From Auanema rhodensis (Eukaryota; Animalia; Nematoda), in NCBI GenBank assembly GCA_964057225.1, contig OZ059900.1:8804001-8868000 (forward strand): DNA of 64,000 nucleotides, given 5' to 3'. Both the position numbers and the translations under genes were made by a program. Of the stretch, positions 13,921-28,650 are shown one piece after another. Under the pieces are notes generated by a model, which had not been told where the DNA came from, searched no databases, and was given only the letters and a program-made list of their open reading frames with translations. Within the stretch, counting starts at the first letter, position 1. Each line of letters starts with the position of its first letter.

Positions 13921-16900
13921 AAAATAGTCAAAGTTTATGAATCCTGAATTTCAAATCCATATCTCAAAGGGTCTGATCAAAACATACAGTTTTCACATGT
14001 TTTGTACCCAAAATCGTTGAATATATGGCGTTTTGAGCATAAAAAGGCCCATATTTCAATCAGTTTCGATATTCGTGCAAAATACACCTATATCAACATT
14101 CTATGACAGTATTCCATACATTTAGTCGTTTTAGAAGAGAAAAGTATGCTTAAGATCAAAAGTTTGACTGATTTTGCCAAAATGCCCTACAATCCCCAAA
14201 AAACCAATAATTCTTGATATTTTCGGTCCTTTTTGACCAAAGTGGTTAAAATTGAACATATATATGTAAAAATAGTCAAAGTTTATGAATCCTGAATTTC
14301 AAATCCATATCTCAAAGGGTCTGATCAAAACATACAGTTTTCACATGTTTTGTACCCAAAATCGTTGAATATATGGCGTTTTGAGCATAAAAAGGCCCAT
14401 ATTTCAATCAGTTTTGATATTCGTGCAAAATACACTTATATCAACATTCTATGACAGTATTCCATACATTTAGTCGTTTTAGAAGAAAAAAATATGCTTA
14501 AGATCAAAAGTTTGACTGATTTTGCCAAAATGCCCTTCAAACCCCAAAAAACCAATAATTTTTGATATTTTCGGTCCTTTTTGACCAAAGTGGTTAAAAT
14601 TGGACATATATATGTAGAAATAGTCGAAGTTTATGAATCCTGAATTTCAAATCCATATCTCAAAGGGTCTGATCAAAACATACAGTTTTCACATGTTTTG
14701 TACCCAAAATCGTTGAATATATGGCGTTTTGAGCATAAACCCCATATTTCAATCAGTTTTGATATTCGTGCAAAATACACCTATATGAACATTCTATGAC
14801 AGTATTTCATACATTTAGTCGTTTTAGAAGAAAAAAATATGCTTAAGATCAAAAGTTTGACTGATTTTGCCAAAATGCCCTTCAAACCCCAAAAAACCAA
14901 TAATTCTTGATATTTTCGGTCCTTTTTGACCAAAGTGGTTAAAATTGGACATATATATGTAGAAATAGTCGAAGTTTATGAATCCTGAATTTCAAATCCA
15001 TATCTCAAAGGGTCTGATCAAAACATACAGTTTTCACATGTTTTGTACCCAAAATCGTTGAATATATGGCGTTTTGAGCATAAAAAGGCCCATATTTCAA
15101 TCAGTTTCGATATTCGTGCAAAATACACCTATATCAACATTCTATGACAGTATTCCATACATTTAGTCGTTTTAGAAGAGAAAAGTATGCTTAAGATCAA
15201 AAGTTTGACTGATTTTGCCAAAATGCCCTACAATCCCCAAAAAACCAATAATTCTTGATATTTTCGGTCCTTTTTGACCAAAGTGGTTAAAATTGAACAT
15301 ATATATGTAAAAATAGTCAAAGTTTATGAATCCTGAATTTCAAATCCATATCTCAAAGGGTCTGATCAAAACATACAGTTTTCACATGTTTTGTACCCAA
15401 AATCGTTGAATATATGGCGTTTTGAGCATAAAAAGGCCCATATTTCAATCAGTTTTGATATTCGTGCAAAATACACCTATATGAACATTCTTTGACAGTA
15501 TTTCATACATTTAGTCGTTTTAGAAGAAAAAAATATGCTTAAGATCAAAAGTTTGACTGATTTTGCCAAAATGCCCTTCAAACCCCAAAAAACCAATAAT
15601 TCTTGATATTTTCGGTCCTTTTTGACCAAAGTGGTTAAAATTGGACATATATATGTAAAAATAGTCAAAGTTTATGAATCCTGAATTTCAAATCCATATC
15701 TCAAAGGGTCTGATCAAAACATACAGTTTTCACATGTTTTGTACCCAAAATCGTTGAATATATGGCGTTTTGAGCATAAAAAGGCCCATATTTCAATCAG
15801 TTTCGATATTCGTGCAAAATACACCTATATCAACATTCTATGACAGTATTCCATACATTTAGTCGTTTTAGAAGAGAAAAGTATGCTTAAGATCAAAAGT
15901 TTGACTGATTTTGCCAAAATGCCCTACAATCCCCAAAAAACCAATAATTCTTGATATTTTCGGTCCTTTTTGACCAAAGTGGTTAAAATTGAACATATAT
16001 ATGTAAAAATAGTCAAAGTTTATGAATCCTGAATTTCAAATCCATATCTCAAAGGGTCTGATCAAAACATACAGTTTTCACATGTTTTGTACCCAAAATC
16101 GTTGAATATATGGCGTTTTGAGCATAAAAAGGCCCATATTTCAATCAGTTTTGATATTCGTGCAAAATACACCTATATGAACATTCTTTGACAGTATTTC
16201 ATACATTTAGTCGTTTTAGAAGAAAAAAATATGCTTAAGATCAAAAGTTTGACTGATTTTGCCAAAATGCCCTTCAAACCCCAAAAAACCAATAATTCTT
16301 GATATTTTCGGTCCTTTTTGACCAAAGTGGTTAAAATTGGACATATATATGTAAAAATAGTCAAAGTTTATGAATCCTGAATTTCAAATCCATATCTCAA
16401 AGGGTCTGATCAAAACATACAGTTTTCACATGTTTTGTACCCAAAATCGTTGAATATATGGCGTTTTGAGCATAAAAAGACCCATATTTCAATCAGTTTT
16501 GATATTCGTGCAAAATACACCTATATGAACATTCTATGACAGTATTTCATACATTTAGTCGTTTTAGAAGAAAAAAATATGCTTAAGATCAAAAGTTTGA
16601 CTGATTTAGCCAAAATGTCCTTCAAACCCCAAAAAACCAATAATTCTTGATATTTTCGGTCCTTTTTGACCAAACTGGTTAAAATTAAACATATATATGT
16701 AAAAATAGTCAAAGTTTATGAATCCTGAATTTCAAATCCATATCTCAAAGGGTCTGATCAAAACATACAGTTTTCACATGTTTTGTACCCAAAATCGTTG
16801 AATATATGGCGTTTTGAGCATAAAAAGGCCCATATTTCAATCAGTTTTGATATTCGTGCAAAATACACTTATATCAACATTCTATGACAGTATTCCATAC

Positions 16901-18199
16901 ATTTAGTCGTTTTAGAAGAAAAAAATATGCTTAAGATCAAAAGTTTGACTGATTTAGCCAAAATGCCCTTCAAACCCCAAAAAACCAATAATTCTTGATA
17001 TTTTCGGTCCTTTTTGACCAAAGTGGTTAAAATTGGACATATATATGTAAAAATAGTCAAAGTTTATGAATCCTGAATTTCAAATCCATATCTCAAAGGG
17101 TCTGATCAAAACATACAGTTTTCACATGTTTTGTACCCAAAATCGTTGAATATATGGCGTTTTGAGCATAAAAAGGCCCATATTTCAATCAGTTTCGATA
17201 TTCGTGCAAAATACACCTATATCAACATTCTATGACAGTATTCCATACATTTAGTCGTTTTAGAAGAAAAAAATATGCTTAAGATCAAAAGTTTGACTGA
17301 TTTTGCCAAAATGCCCTTCAAACCCCAAAAAACCAATAATTCTTGATATTTTCGGTCCTTTTTGACCAAAGTGGTTAAAATTGAACATATATATGTAAAA
17401 ATAGTCAAAGTTTATGAAACCTGAATTTCAAATCCATATCTCAAAGGGTCTGATCAAAACATACAGTTTTCACATGTTTTGTACCCAAAATCGTTGAATA
17501 TATGGCGTTTTGAGCATAAAAAGGCCCATATTTCAATCAGTTTCGATATTCGTGCAAAATACACCTATATCAACATTCTATGACAGTATTCCATACATTT
17601 AGTCGTTTTAGAAGAAAAAAATATGCTTAAGATCAAAAGTTTGACTGATTTTGCCAAAATGCCCTTCAATCCCCAAAAAACCAATAATTCTTGATATTTT
17701 CGGTCCTTTTTGACCAAAGTGGTTAAAATTGAACATATATATGTAAAAACAGTCAAAGTTTATGAATCCTGAATTTCAAATCCATATCTCAAAGGGTCTG
17801 ATCAAAACATACAGTTTTCACATGTTTTGTACCCAAAATCGTTGAATATATGGCGTTTTGAGCATAAAAAGGCCCATATTTCAATCAGTTTTGATATTCG
17901 TGCAAAATACACCTATATGAACATTCTTTGACAGTATTTCATACATTTAGTCGTTTTAGAAGAAAAAAATATGCTTAAGATCAAAAGTTTGACTGATTTT
18001 GCCAAAATGCCCTTCAAACCCCAAAAAACCAATAATTCTTGATATTTTCGGTCCTTTTTGACCAAAGTGGTTAAAATTTGACATATATATGTAAAAATAG
18101 TCAAAGTTTATGAATCCTGAATTTCAAATCCATATCTCAAAGGGTCTGATCAAAACATACAGTTTTCACATGTTTTGTACCCAAAATCGTTGAATATAT

Positions 18200-21100
18200 G
18201 GCGTTTTGAGCTTAAAAAGGCCCATATTTCAATCAGTTTTGATATTCGTGCAACATACACCTATATGAACATTCTATGACAGTATTTCATACATTTAGTC
18301 GTTTTAGAAGAAAAAAATATGCTTAAGATCAAAAGTTTGACTGATTTAGCCAAAATGTCCTTCAAACCCAAAAAACCAATAATTCTTGATATTTTCGGTC
18401 CTTTTTGACCAAAGTGGTTAAAATTGAACATATATATGTGAAAATAGTCAAAGTTAATGAATCCTGAATTCCAAATCCATATCTCAAAGGGTCTGATCAA
18501 AACATACAGTTTTCACATGTTTTGTAACCAAAATCGTTGAATATATGGCGTTTTGAGCATAAAAAGGCCCATATTTCAATCAGTTTTGATATTCGTGCAA
18601 AATACACTTATATCAACATTCTATGACAGTATTCCATACATTTAGTCGTTTTAGAAGAAAAAAATATGCTTAAGATCAAAAGTTTGACTGATTTAGCCAA
18701 AATGCCCTTCAAACCCCAAAAAACCAATAATTCTTGATATTTTCGGTCCTTTTTGACCAAAGTGGTTAAAATTGGACATATATATGTAAAAATAGTCAAA
18801 GTTTATGAATCCTGAATTTCAAATCCATATCTCAAAGGGTCTGATCAAAACATACAGTTTTCACATGTTTTGTACCCAAAATCGTTGAATATATGGCGTT
18901 TTGAGCATAAAAAGGCCCATATTTCAATCAGTTTTGATAATCGTGCAAAATACACCTATATGAACATTCTATGACAGTATTACATACATTTAGTCGTTTT
19001 AGAAGAAAAAAATATGCTTAAGATCAAAAGTTTGACTGATTTTGCCAAAATGCCCTTCAAACCCCAAAAAACCAATAATTCTTGATATTTTCGGTCCTTT
19101 TTGACCAAAGTGGTTAAAATTGAACATATATATGTAAAAATAGTCAAAGTTTATGAATCCTGAATTTCAAATCCATATCTCAAAGGGTCTGATCAAAACA
19201 TACAGTTTTCACATGTTTTGTACCCAAAATCGTTGAATATATGGCGTTTTGAGCATAAAAAGGCCCATATTTCAATCAGTTTTGATATTCGTGCAAAATA
19301 CACCTATATGAACATTCTATGACAGTATTTCATACATTTAGTCGTTTTAGAAGAAAAAAATATGCTTAAGATCAAAAGTTTGACTGATTTTGCCAAAATG
19401 CCCTTCAAACCCCAAAAAACCAATAATTCTTGATATTTTCGGTCCTTTTTGACCAAAGTGGTTAAAATTGGACATATATATGTAAAAATAGTCAAAGTTT
19501 ATGAATCCTGAATTTCAAATCCACATCTCAAAGGGTCTGATCAAAACATACAGTTTTCACATGTTTTGTACCCAAAATCGTTGAATATATGGCGTTTTGA
19601 GCATAAAAAGGCCCATATTTCAATCAGTTTTGATATTCGTGCAAAATACACCTATATGAACATTCTATGACAGTATTTCATACATTTAGTCGTTTTAGAA
19701 GAAAAAAATATGCTTAAGATCAAAAGTTTGACTGATTTTGCCAAAATGCCCTTCAAACCCCAAAAAACCAATAATTCTTGATATTTTCGGTCCTTTTTGA
19801 CCAAAGTGGTTAAAATTGGACATATATATGTAGAAATAGTCGAAGTTTATGAATCCTGAATTTCAAATCCATATCTCAAAGGGTCTGATCAAAACATACA
19901 GTTTTCACATGTTTTGTACCCAAAATCGTTGAATATATGGCGTTTTGAGCATAAAAAGGCCCATATTTCAATCAGTTTTGATAATCGTGCAAAATACACC
20001 TATATGAACATTCTATGACAGTATTACATACATTTAGTCGTTTTAGAAGAAAAAAATATGCTTAAGATCAAAAGTTTGACTGATTTTGCCAAAATGCCCT
20101 TCAAACCCCAAAAAACCAATAATTCTTGATATTTTCGGTCCTTTTTGACCAAAGTGGTTAAAATTGAACATATATATGTAAAAATAGTCAAAGTTTATGA
20201 ATCCTGAATTTCAAATCCATATCTCAAAGGGTCTGATCAAAACATACAGTTTTCACATGTTTTGTACCCAAAATCGTTGAATATATGGCGTTTTGAGCAT
20301 AAAAAGGCCCATATTTCAATCAGTTTTGATATTCGTGCAAAATACACCTATATGAACATTCTATGACAGTATTTCATACATTTAGTCGTTTTAGAAGAAA
20401 AAAATATGCTTAAGATCAAAAGTTTGACTGATTTTGCCAAAATGCCCTTCAAACCCCAAAAAACCAATAATTCTTGATATTTTCGGTCCTTTTTGACCAA
20501 AGTGGTTAAAATTGGACATATATATGTAAAAATAGTCAAAGTTTATGAATCCTGAATTTCAAATCCACATCTCAAAGGGTCTGATCAAAACATACAGTTT
20601 TCACATGTTTTGTACCCAAAATCGTTGAATATATGGCGTTTTGAGCATAAAAAGGCCCATATTTCAATCAGTTTTGATATTCGTGCAAAATACACCTATA
20701 TGAACATTCTATGACAGTATTTCATACATTTAGTCGTTTTAGAAGAAAAAAATATGCTTAAGATCAAAAGTTTGACTGATTTTGCCAAAATGCCCTTCAA
20801 ACCCCAAAAAACCAATAATTCTTGATATTTTCGGTCCTTTTTGACCAAAGTGGTTAAAATTGAACATATCTATGTAAAAATAGTCAAAGTTTATGAAACC
20901 TGAATTTCAAATCCATATCTCAAAGGGTCTGATCAAAACATACAGTTTTCACATGTTTTGTACCCAAAATCGTTGAATATATGGCGTTTTGAGCATAAAA
21001 AGGCCCATATTTCAATCAGTTTCGATATTCGTGCAAAATACACCTATATCAACATTCTATGACAGTATTCCATACATTTAGTCGTTTTAGAAGAAAAAAA

Positions 21101-24100
21101 TATGCTTAAGATCAAAAGTTTGACTGATTTTGCCAAAATGCCCTTCAATCCCCAAAAAACCAATAATTCTTGATATTTTCGGTCCTTTTTGACCAAAGTG
21201 GTTAAAATTGAACATATATATGTAAAAGTAGTCAAAGTTTATGAATCCTGAATTTCAAATCCATATCTCAAAGGGTCTGATCAAAACATACAGTTTTCAC
21301 ATGTTTTGTACCCAAAATCGTTGAATATATGGCGTTTTGAGCATAAAAAGGCCCATATTTCAATCAGTTTTGATATTCGTGCAAAATACACCTATATGAA
21401 CATTCTTTGACAGTATTTCATACATTTAGTCGTTTTAGAAGAAAAAAATATGCTTAAGATCAAAAGTTTGACTGATTTTGCCAAAATGCCCTTCAAACCC
21501 CAAAAAACCAATAATTCTTGATATTTTCGGTCCTTTTTGACCAAAGTGGTTAAAATTGGACATATATATGTAGAAATAGTCGAAGTTTATGAATCCTGAA
21601 TTTCAAATCCATATCTCAAAGGGTCTGATCAAAACATACAGTTTTCACATGTTTTGTACCCAAAATCGTTGAATATATGGCGTTTTGAGCATAAAAAGGC
21701 CCATATTTCAATCAGTTTTGATATTCGTGCAAAATACACCTATATCAACATTCTATGACAGTATTCCATACATTTAGTCGTTTTAGAAGAGAAAAGTATG
21801 CTTAAGATCAAAAGTTTGACTGATTTTGCCAAAATGCCCTACAATCCCCAAAAAACCAATAATTCTTGATATTTTCGGTCCTTTTTGACCAAAGTGGTTA
21901 AAATTGAACATATATATGTAAAAATAGTCAAAGTTTATGAATCCTGAATTTCAAATCCATATCTCAAAGGGTCTGATCAAAACATACAGTTTTCACATGT
22001 TTTGTACCCAAAATCGTTGAATATATGGCGTTTTGAGCATAAAAAGGCCCATATTTCAATCAGTTTTGATATTCGTGCAAAATACACCTATATGAACATT
22101 CTTTGACAGTATTTCATACATTTAGTCGTTTTAGAAGAAAAAAATATGCTTAAGATCAAAAGTTTGACTGATTTTGCCAAAATGCCCTTCAAACCCCAAA
22201 AAACCAATAATTCTTGATATTTTCGGTCCTTTTTGACCAAAGTGGTTAAAATTGGACATATATATGTAAAAATAGTCAAAGTTTATGAATCCTGAATTTC
22301 AAATCCATATCTCAAAGGGTCTGATCAAAACATACAGTTTTCACATGTTTTGTACCCAAAATCGTTGAATATATGGCGTTTTGAGCATAAAAAGACCCAT
22401 ATTTCAATCAGTTTTGATATTCGTGCAAAATACACCTATATGAACATTCTATGACAGTATTTCATACATTTAGTCGTTTTAGAAGAAAAAAATATGCTTA
22501 AGATCAAAAGTTTGACTGATTTAGCCAAAATGTCCTTCAAACCCCAAAAAACCAATAATTCTTGATATTTTCGGTCCTTTTTGACCAAAGTGGTTAAAAT
22601 TAAACATATATATGTGAAAATAGTCAAAGTTTATGAATCCTGAATTTCAAATCCATATCTCAAAGGGTCTGATCAAAACATACAGTTTTCACATGTTTTG
22701 TACCCAAAATCGTTGAATATATGGCGTTTTGAGCTTAAAAAGGCCCATATTTCAATCAGTTTTGATATTCGTGCAACATACACCTATATGAACATTCTAT
22801 GACAGTATTTCATACATTTAGTCGTTTTAGAAGAAAAAAATATGCTTAAGATCAAAAGTTTGACTGATTTAGCCAAAATGTCCTTCAAACCCAAAAAACC
22901 AATAATTCTTGATATTTTCGGTCCTTTTTGACCAAAGTGGTTAAAATTGAACATATATATGTGAAAATAGTCAAAGTTAATGAATCCTGAATTCCAAATC
23001 CATATCTCAAAGGGTCTGATCAAAACATACAGTTTTCACATGTTTTGTAACCAAAATCGTTGAATATATGGCGTTTTGAGCATAAAAAGGCCCATATTTC
23101 AATCAGTTTTGATATTCGTGCAAAATACACTTATATCAACATTCTATGACAGTATTCCATACATTTAGTCGTTTTAGAAGAAAAAAATATGCTTAAGATC
23201 AAAAGTTTGACTGATTTAGCCAAAATGCCCTTCAAACCCCAAAAAACCAATAATTCTTGATATTTTCGGTCCTTTTTGACCAAAGTGGTTAAAATTGGAC
23301 ATATATATGTAAAAATAGTCAAAGTTTATGAATCCTGAATTTCAAATCCATATCTCAAAGGGTCTGATCAAAACATACAGTTTTCACATGTTTTGTACCC
23401 AAAATCGTTGAATATATGGCGTTTTGAGCATAAAAAGGCCCATATTTCAATCAGTTTTGATAATCGTGCAAAATACACCTATATGAACATTCTATGACAG
23501 TATTACATACATTTAGTCGTTTTAGAAGAAAAAAATATGCTTAAGATCAAAAGTTTGACTGATTTTGCCAAAATGCCCTTCAAACCCCAAAAAACCAATA
23601 ATTCTTGATATTTTCGGTCCTTTTTGACCAAAGTGGTTAAAATTGAACATATATATGTAAAAATAGTCAAAGTTTATGAATCCTGAATTTCAAATCCATA
23701 TCTCAAAGGGTCTGATCAAAACATACAGTTTTCACATGTTTTGTACCCAAAATCGTTGAATATATGGCGTTTTGAGCATAAAAAGGCCCATATTTCAATC
23801 AGTTTTGATATTCGTGCAAAATACACCTATATGAACATTCTATGACAGTATTTCATACATTTAGTCGTTTTAGAAGAAAAAAATATGCTTAAGATCAAAA
23901 GTTTGACTGATTTTGCCAAAATGCCCTTCAAACCCCAAAAAACCAATAATTCTTGATATTTTCGGTCCTTTTTGACCAAAGTGGTTAAAATTGGACATAT
24001 ATATGTAAAAATAGTCAAAGTTTATGAATCCTGAATTTCAAATCCACATCTCAAAGGGTCTGATCAAAACATACAGTTTTCACATGTTTTGTACCCAAAA

Positions 24101-27100
24101 TCGTTGAATATATGGCGTTTTGAGCATAAAAAGGCCCATATTTCAATCAGTTTTGATATTCGTGCAAAATACACCTATATGAACATTCTATGACAGTATT
24201 TCATACATTTAGTCGTTTTAGAAGAAAAAAATATGCTTAAGATCAAAAGTTTGACTGATTTTGCCAAAATGCCCTTCAAACCCAAAAAACCAATAATTCT
24301 TGATATTTTCGGTCCTTTTTGACCAAAGTGGTTAAAATTGAACATATATATGTGAAAATAGTCAAAGTTAATGAATCCTGAATTCCAAATCCATATCTCA
24401 AAGGGTCTGATCAAAACATACAGTTTTCACATGTTTTGTAACCAAAATCGTTGAATATATGGCGTTTTGAGCATAAAAAGGCCCATATTTCAATCAGTTT
24501 TGATATTCGTGCAAAATACACTTATATCAACATTCTATGACAGTATTCCATACATTTAGTCGTTTTAGAAGAAAAAAATATGCTTAAGATCAAAAGTTTG
24601 ACTGATTTAGCCAAAATGCCCTTCAAACCCCAAAAAACCAATAATTCTTGATATTTTCGGTCCTTTTTGACCAAAGTGGTTAAAATTGGACATATATATG
24701 TAAAAATAGTCAAAGTTTATGAATCCTGAATTTCAAATCCATATCTCAAAGGGTCTGATCAAAACATACAGTTTTCACATGTTTTGTACCCAAAATCGTT
24801 GAATATATGGCGTTTTGAGCATAAAAAGGCCCATATTTCAATCAGTTTTGATAATCGTGCAAAATACACCTATATGAACATTCTATGACAGTATTACATA
24901 CATTTAGTCGTTTTAGAAGAAAAAAATATGCTTAAGATCAAAAGTTTGACTGATTTTGCCAAAATGCCCTTCAAACCCCAAAAAACCAATAATTCTTGAT
25001 ATTTTCGGTCCTTTTTGACCAAAGTGGTTAAAATTGAACATATATATGTAAAAATAGTCAAAGTTTATGAATCCTGAATTTCAAATCCATATCTCAAAGG
25101 GTCTGATCAAAACATACAGTTTTCACATGTTTTGTACCCAAAATCGTTGAATATATGGCGTTTTGAGCATAAAAAGGCCCATATTTCAATCAGTTTTGAT
25201 ATTCGTGCAAAATACACCTATATGAACATTCTATGACAGTATTTCATACATTTAGTCGTTTTAGAAGAAAAAAATATGCTTAAGATCAAAAGTTTGACTG
25301 ATTTTGCCAAAATGCCCTTCAAACCCCAAAAAACCAATAATTCTTGATATTTTCGGTCCTTTTTGACCAAAGTGGTTAAAATTGGACATATATATGTAAA
25401 AATAGTCAAAGTTTATGAATCCTGAATTTCAAATCCACATCTCAAAGGGTCTGATCAAAACATACAGTTTTCACATGTTTTGTACCCAAAATCGTTGAAT
25501 ATATGGCGTTTTGAGCATAAAAAGGCCCATATTTCAATCAGTTTTGATATTCGTGCAAAATACACCTATATGAACATTCTATGACAGTATTTCATACATT
25601 TAGTCGTTTTAGAAGAAAAAAATATGCTTAAGATCAAAAGTTTGACTGATTTTGCCAAAATGCCCTTCAAACCCCAAAAAACCAATAATTCTTGATATTT
25701 TCGGTCCTTTTTGACCAAAGTGGTTAAAATTGGACATATATATGTAGAAATAGTCGAAGTTTATGAATCCTGAATTTCAAATCCATATCTCAAAGGGTCT
25801 GATCAAAACATACAGTTTTCACATGTTTTGTACCCAAAATCGTTGAATATATGGCGTTTTGAGCATAAAAAGGCCCATATTTCAATCAGTTTTGATAATC
25901 GTGCAAAATACACCTATATGAACATTCTATGACAGTATTACATACATTTAGTCGTTTTAGAAGAAAAAAATATGCTTAAGATCAAAAGTTTGACTGATTT
26001 TGCCAAAATGCCCTTCAAACCCCAAAAAACCAATAATTCTTGATATTTTCGGTCCTTTTTGACCAAAGTGGTTAAAATTGAACATATATATGTAAAAATA
26101 GTCAAAGTTTATGAATCCTGAATTTCAAATCCATATCTCAAAGGGTCTGATCAAAACATACAGTTTTCACATGTTTTGTACCCAAAATCGTTGAATATAT
26201 GGCGTTTTGAGCATAAAAAGGCCCATATTTCAATCAGTTTTGATATTCGTGCAAAATACACCTATATGAACATTCTATGACAGTATTTCATACATTTAGT
26301 CGTTTTAGAAGAAAAAAATATGCTTAAGATCAAAAGTTTGACTGATTTTGCCAAAATGCCCTTCAAACCCCAAAAAACCAATAATTCTTGATATTTTCGG
26401 TCCTTTTTGACCAAAGTGGTTAAAATTGGACATATATATGTAAAAATAGTCAAAGTTTATGAATCCTGAATTTCAAATCCACATCTCAAAGGGTCTGATC
26501 AAAACATACAGTTTTCACATGTTTTGTACCCAAAATCGTTGAATATATGGCGTTTTGAGCATAAAAAGGCCCATATTTCAATCAGTTTTGATATTCGTGC
26601 AAAATACACCTATATGAACATTCTATGACAGTATTTCATACATTTAGTCGTTTTAGAAGAAAAAAATATGCTTAAGATCAAAAGTTTGACTGATTTTGCC
26701 AAAATGCCCTTCAAACCCCAAAAAACCAATAATTCTTGATATTTTCGGTCCTTTTTGACCAAAGTGGTTAAAATTGAACATATCTATGTAAAAATAGTCA
26801 AAGTTTATGAAACCTGAATTTCAAATCCATATCTCAAAGGGTCTGATCAAAACATACAGTTTTCACATGTTTTGTACCCAAAATCGTTGAATATATGGCG
26901 TTTTGAGCATAAAAAGGCCCATATTTCAATCAGTTTCGATATTCGTGCAAAATACACCTATATCAACATTCTATGACAGTATTCCATACATTTAGTCGTT
27001 TTAGAAGAAAAAAATATGCTTAAGATCAAAAGTTTGACTGATTTTGCCAAAATGCCCTTCAATCCCCAAAAAACCAATAATTCTTGATATTTTCGGTCCT

Positions 27101-28650
27101 TTTTGACCAAAGTGGTTAAAATTGAACATATATATGTAAAAGTAGTCAAAGTTTATGAATCCTGAATTTCAAATCCATATCTCAAAGGGTCTGATCAAAA
27201 CATACAGTTTTCACATGTTTTGTACCCAAAATCGTTGAATATATGGCGTTTTGAGCATAAAAAGGCCCATATTTCAATCAGTTTTGATATTCGTGCAAAA
27301 TACACCTATATGAACATTCTTTGACAGTATTTCATACATTTAGTCGTTTTAGAAGAAAAAAATATGCTTAAGATCAAAAGGTTGACTGATTTTGCCAAAA
27401 TGCCCTTCAAACCCCAAAAAACCAATAATTCTTGATATTTTCGGTCCTTTTTGACCAAAGTGGTTAAAATTGGACATATATATGTAGAAATAGTCGAAGT
27501 TTATGAATCCTGAATTTCAAATCCATATCTCAAAGGGTCTGATCAAAACATACAGTTTTCACATGTTTTGTACCCAAAATCGTTGAATATATGGCGTTTT
27601 GAGCATAAAAAGGCCCATATTTCAATCAGTTTTGATATTCGTGCAAAATACACCTATATCAACATTCTATGACAGTATTCCATACATTTAGTCGTTTTAG
27701 AAGAGAAAAGTATGCTTAAGATCAAAAGTTTGACTGATTTTGCCAAAATGCCCTACAATCCCCAAAAAACCAATAATTCTTGATATTTTCGGTCCTTTTT
27801 GACCAAAGTGGTTAAAATTGAACATATATATGTAAAAATAGTCAAAGTTTATGAATCCTGAATTTCAAATCCATATCTCAAAGGGTCTGATCAAAACATA
27901 CAGTTTTCACATGTTTTGTACCCAAAATCGTTGAATATATGGCGTTTTGAGCATAAAAAGGCCCATATTTCAATCAGTTTTGATATTCGTGCAAAATACA
28001 CCTATATGAACATTCTTTGACAGTATTTCATACATTTAGTCGTTTTAGAAGAAAAAAATATGCTTAAGATCAAAAGTTTGACTGATTTTGCCAAAATGCC
28101 CTTCAAACCCCAAAAAACCAATAATTCTTGATATTTTCGGTCCTTTTTGACCAAAGTGGTTAAAATTGGACATATATATGTAAAAATAGTCAAAGTTTAT
28201 GAATCCTGAATTTCAAATCCATATCTCAAAGGGTCTGATCAAAACATACAGTTTTCACATGTTTTGTACCCAAAATCGTTGAATATATGGCGTTTTGAGC
28301 ATAAAAAGACCCATATTTCAATCAGTTTTGATATTCGTGCAAAATACACCTATATGAACATTCTATGACAGTATTTCATACATTTAGTCGTTTTAGAAGA
28401 AAAAAATATGCTTAAGATCAAAAGTTTGACTGATTTAGCCAAAATGTCCTTCAAACCCCAAAAAACCAATAATTCTTGATATTTTCGGTCCTTTTTGACC
28501 AAAGTGGTTAAAATTAAACATATATATGTGAAAATAGTCAAAGTTTATGAATCCTGAATTTCAAATCCATATCTCAAAGGGTCTGATCAAAACATACAGT
28601 TTTCACATGTTTTGTACCCAAAATCGTTGAATATATGGCGTTTTGAGCAT
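18200..28650 (+). repeat. 13-monomer duplication whose second copy contains a nested 4-monomer duplication (net offset 5914 bp)
   Basis: C-deletion monomers at 18261, 22784 (+4523 = 13x348-1) and 24175 (+1391 = 4x348-1). Rare variants (aaaagtagtc, catatctatg) recur at +5914 (ORFs 21044/26958). Confidence 0.85.
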
